From the NCBI GenBank assembly GCA_963825055.1, contig CAWGSK010000011.1, positions 1-64,000 of the forward strand: DNA of 64,000 nucleotides, in the 5' to 3' direction. This document shows positions 57,294 through 64,000 of the stretch, in pieces. Within the stretch, counting starts at the first letter, position 1. Every line of letters starts with the position of its first letter. The notes under the pieces are model-generated. The model made no database searches and was not told the origin of the DNA. It saw only the letters and a program-made list of their open reading frames with translations. The translations under genes were made by a program, and so were the position numbers. The DNA comes from an uncultured Gemmatimonadales bacterium (GTDB lineage: Bacteria > Gemmatimonadota > Gemmatimonadetes > Gemmatimonadales > GWC2-71-9).

Positions 57294-57737
57294 ATGATGG
57301 CCGCGATGCGCAGGAAGCCCGCCAGCCGGAAGCCGCAGTCCAGCCCGAAGAAGGGAGGACCTGGAGGAACGTCGCCCTCCCGCCTGATCGACCAGAGGAT
57401 CCAGGACCTGGACGACTGGCAGGGGAAAACCCTGGCCCGGCTCCGCGCCCTGATCCATGAGGCCGACCCGGACGTGGTCGAGGAATGGAAGTGGAATAAC
57501 CCCGTCTGGTCACACGACGGCATCATCTGCACCGGCGAGGCGTACAAGAAGGCGGTGAAGACGACCTTCGCGCGCGGCGCCGCGCTCGAGGACCCGGCCG
57601 GGCTGTTCAACTCCAGCCTGAGCGGCAACACCAGGCGTGCAATCGACTTCCATGAAGGCGACGCGATCGACGCACAGGCGTTCAAGGCCCTCGTGCGCGC
57701 GGCCGTGCGGCTCAATACTTCGTCCACGGCAGACTAG
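57294..57737 (+). CDS. DUF1801 family protein
   Basis: ADPDVVEEWKW..PVWSHDGIICTGE..FNSSL.GN.RRAID. Confidence 0.88.
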   Translation: MMAAMRRKPASRKPQSSPKKGGPGGTSPSRLIDQRIQDLDDWQGKTLARLRALIHEADPDVVEEWKWNNPVWSHDGIICTGEAYKKAVKTTFARGAALEDPAGLFNSSLSGNTRRAIDFHEGDAIDAQAFKALVRAAVRLNTSSTAD

Positions 57738-57751
57738 CGGCCGGCGTCGCC

Positions 57752-58168
57752 ATGACCCCGAAGAGGCCTCGCCTGCTCGCGGGCGGCAATCCGCAGATCC
57801 CGAAGGGTGACGGCCACGCGCCTGTGCAAGCCTACATCCGCGCCATGCCGGGCTGGAAGCGCGACATCGGCCGGCGCCTCGATGCCCTGATCTCGCGCCT
57901 CGTGCCCGACGTCCGGAAGGCCGTGCGCTGGAACTCGCCTTTCTACGGCATGGAGGACCGGGACTGGTTCCTCAGCTACCATTGCTTCACGAAGTACGTG
58001 AAGGTGACCTTCTTCCGTGGCTCGTCGCTCGATCCCCTGCCCCCGGGGGAGTCACGCAACCCCGACACGCGCTACCTCGACATCCGCGAAGACGATCCCA
58101 TCGACGAGAAGCAACTCTCGCGCTGGATTCGCCAGGCCAGCCGCCTGCCGGGCTGGGATGGCGCCTGA
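57752..58168 (+). CDS. DUF1801 family protein
   Basis: GGNPQIPKG, MPGWK, AVRWNSPFYG, YVKVTFFRG. Confidence 0.88.
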   Translation: MTPKRPRLLAGGNPQIPKGDGHAPVQAYIRAMPGWKRDIGRRLDALISRLVPDVRKAVRWNSPFYGMEDRDWFLSYHCFTKYVKVTFFRGSSLDPLPPGESRNPDTRYLDIREDDPIDEKQLSRWIRQASRLPGWDGA

Positions 58169-58744
58169 CCCCGTGGCCTACCTGATCCTCTTCGCGATCG
58201 TCCTCGGCGTGAACCTCATGCCGGCATTCGGTCCGCCGACCTGGTCCATCATCGTGCTCTACGGGCTGAACACTACCCTGCCGCTGGCGGCCATCGTGCT
58301 GATCGGGGCCACGGCCGCCGCGCTGGGGCGGTTCGCACTCGCCCACGGCTTCCGGCTGCTCGCCGGCCGGGTCTCGCAGCGGACCCGGGACAATCTCGCC
58401 GCCGCCCGTGAGGCGTTCGAGCGGCACCGGCGCAACGGCATCCTGGCCCTCGCCCTGTTCGCGCTGTCGCCGGTCCCCTCGGCGCAGCTCTTCGAAGCGG
58501 CGGGCCTGGCCGGCGTCAGGCTTCTCAAGTTCACCGCCGCCTTCTTTCTCGGCCGCATCGTGTCCTACACGATCTACGCCGTGACGGCGAAAGGCATCCA
58601 GGAAACCTCCCTGGGCGAGGTGCTCACCCGGAACCTCACCAGTCCGCTGGGCTCGCGATTCAGGTGGTCATGATCGCCGCCCTCATCGGCCTCACACGGA
58701 TCGACTGGGCCGCGCGCTTCAAGTCGGGAGCCGGCCCGGCGTGA
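58158..58744 (+). CDS. hypothetical membrane protein (frameshift near 58650)
   Basis: NLMPAFGPPTW, SPVPSAQLF; C-terminal IDW segment in another frame. Confidence 0.7.
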
Positions 58745-58824
58745 GGGCTGCTCGACCGCTTGACCTCTCGACCTTCGACCATGCCTCCCAGACGGCATCC
58801 ACCCGTGAACGGATCGACACCAGG

Positions 58825-59322
58825 ATGATCGCTACCATGCTCTGCCGGGCAGCCCTCGTCGGCCTCGGCGCCACCCTGCTCATGGACCTGTGGAATCTCT
58901 TCCTGAAACGGGCCTTGGGTCTCGCGTCCCTCAACTACTGCCTCCTGGGACGCTGGATCCTTCACATGCCCGGGGGGACGTTTGGGCACGAGCACATTGC
59001 GCGGGCCCCGGCGAAACGCTTCGAATGCCCGGCCGGCTACCTGGCCCATTACTCGATCGGGGTCGTGTTCGCGATCCTGTTTGTCCTGGTCGCCCCGGCC
59101 GACTGGCTCGATCATCCGTCTCTCCTTCCCGCCTTCCTCTTCGGGATCGTCACGGTGGCCCTGCCGTATTTCGTGATGCAGCCGGCGCTCGGGCTCGGGA
59201 TCGCCTCGGCGAAGGCGCCGAGCCCTGCCCAGGCCCGGCTCAAGAGTCTGGCGACCCATATCATCTTCGGGCTCGGCCTGTATCTCGCTGCCATGGCGCT
59301 CCGCGCCACGACCCGCCCCTGA
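58825..59322 (+). CDS. DUF2938 family membrane protein
   Basis: GATLLMDLW, LGRW, HYSIG, MQPALGLG. Confidence 0.85.
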   Translation: MIATMLCRAALVGLGATLLMDLWNLFLKRALGLASLNYCLLGRWILHMPGGTFGHEHIARAPAKRFECPAGYLAHYSIGVVFAILFVLVAPADWLDHPSLLPAFLFGIVTVALPYFVMQPALGLGIASAKAPSPAQARLKSLATHIIFGLGLYLAAMALRATTRP

Positions 59323-59407
59323 TCCCCTCGGGGTGTTGCCCCCTGAAGCACTCGTGGATACTTTGTGGTGCAAAGTTCATTGCGCCATACGAATTGATGG
59401 GGTATCG

Positions 59408-59995
59408 ATGACCGACAACCGATCCAGACACCTCCGGGCCATCTTCCGAAACGCCCTGACCTGGGGGGCTGCCTGGGCGATCGCCGGCAGCGCCATCATG
59501 ACCGCCATCGCCCTCTTCGACCCGAGCCCGGTGATCGAGTCCCTGCCCGAGCGGGTGGGCATGGCCCTGTTCGCCGGAGCATCCTGGGGCGTCCGCTTCG
59601 GCCTCGCCGGCGCCGTCATCGGCACGGCCTTCGCCACCATCATTCGCCTCGGCTACCGGGGCCGCCGCCTGGCCGACATCAACCCCGTCCGCTTCGCCCT
59701 CCTGGGCGCGGCCGTGGGCGGTGTGGGCGTGCCGCTCTACCTCCAGGCGATGAACGTGCTGACCGACGGCCACCCGATCGCCTGGGGTCTCGTGATGGAC
59801 GATGGCATCTGGGCGTCCGTCTTCGGTGCCGTTGCCGCGGCGGGCTCCATCCTGCTCGCCCGTCGGGCCGATGCACTCGCGCGGGGGGCACGCCAGGCTC
59901 CGGTCGAAGGGCCAGAGGAGGCGGAGGGTCTTCCGCAACCCGATGCCATGCGCAGTGAGACGGTCGTGGAACGTTCACGTCCGGCCCGCTCCTGA
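59408..59995 (+). CDS. hypothetical membrane protein
   Basis: Hydrophobic segments; NALTWGAAW. Confidence 0.7.
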   Translation: MTDNRSRHLRAIFRNALTWGAAWAIAGSAIMTAIALFDPSPVIESLPERVGMALFAGASWGVRFGLAGAVIGTAFATIIRLGYRGRRLADINPVRFALLGAAVGGVGVPLYLQAMNVLTDGHPIAWGLVMDDGIWASVFGAVAAAGSILLARRADALARGARQAPVEGPEEAEGLPQPDAMRSETVVERSRPARS

Positions 59996-60044
59996 CCCTG
60001 AATCCAGGCGCCGCCTGGCCCCGTACGTGGCTCATGGGCACCCG

Positions 60045-61241
60045 ATGAAGCGGTCAATCCTCCTCCTCCCGATCCTCCTGGCCTGCGGCGACAGCACGCC
60101 GCCGGAGCATTACGGCTTTGTCGCCGTCCTGGGAAACGACACCGTCGCCGTTGAGCGGATCACGCGTTCCCCCCGTGAGCTTGTGGTCGATGGCGTGGAC
60201 CAGTGGCCGTTCGTGCGGAAGCGGCACACCGAATTCAAGCTGGCCTCAGACGGGAAAATCCGTCACATGGTGATGGACATCCGCACCCCGAATGCTCCGA
60301 CGCCGGCGGAACGGGGGCGCCGGGTCACTGCCGACTTCTCCGACAAGACCGTAGCCATCTCGATCCAGGACAGCAGCGGGGTACGGGACACTTCATTCAA
60401 CACAGGCGGCGCCATCACGGTGCCCCACGCCTCGATGATGTACAGCGTCATCGAGCTGGAGATCGCGGCCGCGTTGCGCCAGGCCGCAAGCGAGGGTCTT
60501 CACGCCGGGGACAGCGTGATGTTCCGGCAGTTCTACCCTGACCGTGATGTCGGACCGAGCTTTGTGCTGCACCGGGGCTACGTGCACCCTCTGGGGGATG
60601 GAAAGGTGGACCTCCGGCATGACTGGCTGGCCGGTACGGGGACGGTGCAGGTGGACAGCAGCGGACGGATGCTGGCCTACTCGGGAATGCGGAGCACCTA
60701 CAAGGTATCCGTGACGCGGACGGCGACAGCGCCCGACGTCGAGGCCATCGGCGATCGCCTCGCTGCCGCCGAACGACGCACCGGACCCCGGCAACTCAGC
60801 GTACGCGACACCGCACGTGCCACCATCGGCCCCGTGAGCCTGACGGTGGACTACGGGCGCCCCCTGGCGCGCGGGCGCACGCTGCTGGGCAACGTGATCA
60901 GCTACGACCGCATCTGGCGCACGGGGGCCAATGCCGCGACCCAGTTCACCACCTCGGCGCCGATCACGCTCGCAGGGCTGCCACTGCCGGCAGGGACGTA
61001 CACGCTCTGGACGGTGCCGCATCCCGGCAGCGCTGACCTCATCGTGAACCGGCAGACCGGACAGTGGGGGACGCAGTACAGCCGCGCCCGCGACCTGGGA
61101 AGGGCCAGGATGACCTCCGACAGCACGGACGCGCCGCTCGAACAGTTCACCATCTCGATCGACGCCCGCGACGCGCGCCACGGCACCCTCGCGATGGCGT
61201 GGGGACCGTTCCGGTGGACCGCCCCCATCGTGGTGCAGTAA
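60045..61241 (+). CDS. DUF2911 domain lipoprotein
   Basis: LLAC lipobox; VDYGRP..RGR..WRTGANAAT..GTYTL..QWGTQY. Confidence 0.85.
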   Translation: MKRSILLLPILLACGDSTPPEHYGFVAVLGNDTVAVERITRSPRELVVDGVDQWPFVRKRHTEFKLASDGKIRHMVMDIRTPNAPTPAERGRRVTADFSDKTVAISIQDSSGVRDTSFNTGGAITVPHASMMYSVIELEIAAALRQAASEGLHAGDSVMFRQFYPDRDVGPSFVLHRGYVHPLGDGKVDLRHDWLAGTGTVQVDSSGRMLAYSGMRSTYKVSVTRTATAPDVEAIGDRLAAAERRTGPRQLSVRDTARATIGPVSLTVDYGRPLARGRTLLGNVISYDRIWRTGANAATQFTTSAPITLAGLPLPAGTYTLWTVPHPGSADLIVNRQTGQWGTQYSRARDLGRARMTSDSTDAPLEQFTISIDARDARHGTLAMAWGPFRWTAPIVVQ

Positions 61242-61334
61242 GGGAACCCTCCCCCTTGACCCGGGACGCCAGTCCGGATTTTCTCCCTGCACCGGCAGGC
61301 CCCCGTCATCGTCTCCCTCGAACCGACACGGCCC

Positions 61335-63194
61335 GTGACTCACCGACTCCCAACCCGGCGGGAAGTACTGGCAACCCTGGCGTCCGTCGCCGCCCTCCCC
61401 CTGCTGCCCGCGTGCCACCACGGCCGCGCATCCCTCCCGGCCCCGAGGGGAAGTACCGGCCCCGACGCAGAGGCCCTCGCCCTGCTCGACCGCGTGGCCG
61501 ACAACCTCCTGACCCTCTACCCCGAGTCGGCGACGTCGCTCGGCATCGACACGGGAACGAGGGCCGGTCTCCGATCCAGGCTCAGCGATCGCTCTACCGA
61601 GGGCCAGCAGCGGATCGCCGAGCGGCTTCGCACTGACCTCGCCCGGGTCAAGGCCCTCGACACGGCCGCGTTGTCCCATGCGACCCGCACCAGCGTCGAG
61701 GTCGTCGGGAGCGCCTATGCGACGTCGCTGGAAGGCTTCGCGCTCCCCTATGGCGACATCACGGTCGGTGGCTGGCGCAACACGCCGTATGTCGTCATCC
61801 AGAACGTCGGCGCCTACCTCGACATTCCCCGATTCCTGGACAGCGACCACCGCATCGAGAACGCTGCCGACGCCGAGGCCTACCTCGCGCGCCTTGAGTC
61901 ATTCGGGAGACAGCTCGACGGCGAACTCGGACGTATCCGGGAGGCGCGTGGGAATGGGCTGGTGCCGCCCGCCTTCCTGCTGGACAAGGCGCTCGGGCAG
62001 ATGCGCCTCTCTGTGGCCAACGCGCGGGCGGGAGGAACTCTCGTCGAGTCCATCGAGCGGCGGACCAGGGCCATCCCCGGAGACTGGGCCAGCCGGGCGC
62101 GGAGCATCGCGGCGCAGGAGGTGGCCCCCGCGCTCGACCGGCAGGTCCACGAGCTGGAGGCCCAGCGTGCCGTCGCGACGGACGACGCGGGCATCGCCGC
62201 GCGGCCGGATGGCGAGGCCTTCTACCGCTGGGCCCTCAAGGCATCCACCACCACTACGATGTCGCCCGACGAGGTCCATGAGCTCGGCCGGAGCGAGCTC
62301 GAGCGCCTGCACGCCCGGATGGACCCGATCCTGAGGCAGGCCGGCTACGGGCAGGGCAGCGTAGGCGAGCGGATGAAGCAGCTGGCGAAGGATCCCCGGT
62401 ACAAGTTTGCTCCCGGTGATACGGGCCGGGCCGAAATCATGGCGTTTATTCACGAGCGCCTGGCGTGGATCACGGCGCAGATGCCGCGCGCGTTCAATAC
62501 GCTGGTCGCCCCGAACATGGAAGTGAAGCGCCTGCCCCCGGAGGAGGAGCCGGGCGCCCCCGCCGCCTATGGCGGCGCCGGGTCGATCGACGGCTCCATT
62601 CCCGGCCGGTTCTGGATCAACCTCCGCACCACCGATCTCCACAGCCGGTACAGCCTCGCCGACCTCGCCTTCCACGAGGCGATTCCCGGCCATATCTGGC
62701 AGGGCGAGTACACCCACGCCATGCCCCTCATCCGGCAGATGCTCTCCTTCAACGCCTATTCGGAGGGCTGGGCTCTCTACGCCGAGCAGCTGGCCGACGA
62801 ACTGGGCGCGTACGACAGTGATCCGGTCGGGCGGCTGGGCTACCTCCAGTCCATTGCCTTCCGGGCCTGCCGCCTGGTGGTGGACACCGGCCTGCATGCA
62901 AAGGGCTGGACGCGCGAGGAGGGAGTCAGATTCTTCGTAGACGTGAACGGGTCCAACCCCGAGGAGGTCGCCAGCGAGGTGGACCGCTACTGCTCCTGGC
63001 CCGGACAGGCCTGCGGCTACAAGGTCGGCCACAGCGAGATCAACCGCCAGCGGGAGCGGACGATGGCCGCCCTCGGGTCCCGCTTCGATTTGAAGGCGTT
63101 CGACGACGCCGTGGTCCGGGGCGGGAACGTCCCCCTCGACGTGCTCGCGAAAAACGTGGACGAGTACCTCCGGACCGCGCCGCGACCCGGCTGA
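61335..63194 (+). CDS. DUF885 family protein (Tat signal)
   Basis: TRREVL; HEAIPGH, AYSEGWALYAE, RLVVDTGLH, PGQACGYKVG. Confidence 0.92.
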   Translation: MTHRLPTRREVLATLASVAALPLLPACHHGRASLPAPRGSTGPDAEALALLDRVADNLLTLYPESATSLGIDTGTRAGLRSRLSDRSTEGQQRIAERLRTDLARVKALDTAALSHATRTSVEVVGSAYATSLEGFALPYGDITVGGWRNTPYVVIQNVGAYLDIPRFLDSDHRIENAADAEAYLARLESFGRQLDGELGRIREARGNGLVPPAFLLDKALGQMRLSVANARAGGTLVESIERRTRAIPGDWASRARSIAAQEVAPALDRQVHELEAQRAVATDDAGIAARPDGEAFYRWALKASTTTTMSPDEVHELGRSELERLHARMDPILRQAGYGQGSVGERMKQLAKDPRYKFAPGDTGRAEIMAFIHERLAWITAQMPRAFNTLVAPNMEVKRLPPEEEPGAPAAYGGAGSIDGSIPGRFWINLRTTDLHSRYSLADLAFHEAIPGHIWQGEYTHAMPLIRQMLSFNAYSEGWALYAEQLADELGAYDSDPVGRLGYLQSIAFRACRLVVDTGLHAKGWTREEGVRFFVDVNGSNPEEVASEVDRYCSWPGQACGYKVGHSEINRQRERTMAALGSRFDLKAFDDAVVRGGNVPLDVLAKNVDEYLRTAPRPG

Positions 63195-63295
63195 CGCAGG
63201 CGGATCGGGGCCGGACCGGTTGACGGCCTCCGCCCTGCCGGGAACCTTCCGAAGTGCAGGGCCGCCATTCCAGGAGGATCCGCAGAGGAGGAATC

Positions 63296-64000
63296 ATGAC
63301 TCCACGGCCTTTCGACCGGTTGTCCCCCGCAGCCGCGCCGCAGAACTACGAACGTTTCTTCGTCCCCGCCATCGGCAGGCCCGTGGCGGAGGACCTGATC
63401 CAGACCGCGGCGCTGCAGGCCGGGGAACGGGTACTGGACGTCGGGTGCGGCACAGGCGTGGTGACGCGTCTCGCGGCCGCGGAGGTCGGACCCGGTGGCA
63501 GGGTGGCGGGGCTCGACGTGAATCCCGGCATGCTGGCGGTCGCGCGGTCCGTCACGCCGGGCGACATGGACATCCAGTGGTACGAGGCGGACGCGCAGGA
63601 CATCCCCCTTCCCGACCAGTCGTTCGATGTCGTCCTCTGCCAGATGAGCCTGCAGTTCATTCCGGATCGCGTGCAGGGCCTGCGGGAGATGCGGCGTGTC
63701 CTGGCCGCGGGCGGCCGCCTGGTGCTCAACGTTCCAGGCCCCGCAGCCCCCGTCTTCGAGACCCTGGCGCGTGCGATGGGTGAACACGTCGCGCCGCAGG
63801 CGGAAGGGTTCGTGCGCGCGGTGTTCGCGCTGAATGACGACGGAGAACTGGAGAGCCTTCTGACAGAGGCAGGATTCCGGGACGTGCACGTCCGTGCGGA
63901 CTCCCGCGCACTGTCCCTGCCCGCTCCCGAGGAATTCCTCTGGCAGTATGTCGGCAGTACCCCGCTGGCGGCCATCGTGGCGGAGGCGGATGACCGCGCG
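63296..64000 (+). CDS. class I SAM-dependent methyltransferase (runs off window end)
   Basis: AGGAGG-like RBS; NYERFFVP..RVLDVGCGTG..GLDVNPGML..FDVVLCQ. Confidence 0.9.
   Translation, partial: MTPRPFDRLSPAAAPQNYERFFVPAIGRPVAEDLIQTAALQAGERVLDVGCGTGVVTRLAAAEVGPGGRVAGLDVNPGMLAVARSVTPGDMDIQWYEADAQDIPLPDQSFDVVLCQMSLQFIPDRVQGLREMRRVLAAGGRLVLNVPGPAAPVFETLARAMGEHVAPQAEGFVRAVFALNDDGELESLLTEAGFRDVHVRADSRALSLPAPEEFLWQYVGSTPLAAIVAEADDRA

Noticed and set aside
59360..59376. Inverted repeat ACTTTG-N5-CAAAGT as an operator
   Set aside because: Only 6-bp arms, single copy, and no adjacent regulator.
1..64000. Integron integrase, transposase or phage genes
   Set aside because: No ORF with tyrosine-recombinase RHR-Y or DDE motifs was recognised. 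An intI may lie outside the window.

Overview
High-GC bacterial window. Gemmatimonadota is a plausible source, inferred only from the style of the Ser/Thr kinase and the GC content. The main structure is an integron-like gene-cassette array at about 2.1-14.3 kb. It has roughly 15 long attC-type palindromic sites (about 100-165 bp, mostly two related families), each following a short + strand gene. Cassette genes include an ADP-ribosylglycohydrolase, a SnoaL protein, a BrnT/BrnA toxin-antitoxin pair, PhzF, DUF2059 and several unknown secreted or membrane proteins. No integrase gene is visible in the window. Eroded attC remnants continue to about 42 kb among small stress and detoxification genes and gene fragments, suggesting a large decaying array. 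The most persistent part of the main attC family is a TTGCGG-N16-CATACT segment that resembles an embedded sigma70 promoter. Also present: an ECF41 (SigJ-type) sigma factor with three matching promoters; two ArsR-SRPBCC modules sharing an AACCATATGGTT operator; a kaiC-kaiB-PAS hybrid kinase operon; a second KaiC-like ATPase with a winged-HTH-like tail coupled to another hybrid kinase; GH97, GH3 and GH29 glycosidases; and M48, M1 and S58 peptidases. No rRNA, tRNA or CRISPR array was seen. All calls come from reading motifs by eye, with no database search.
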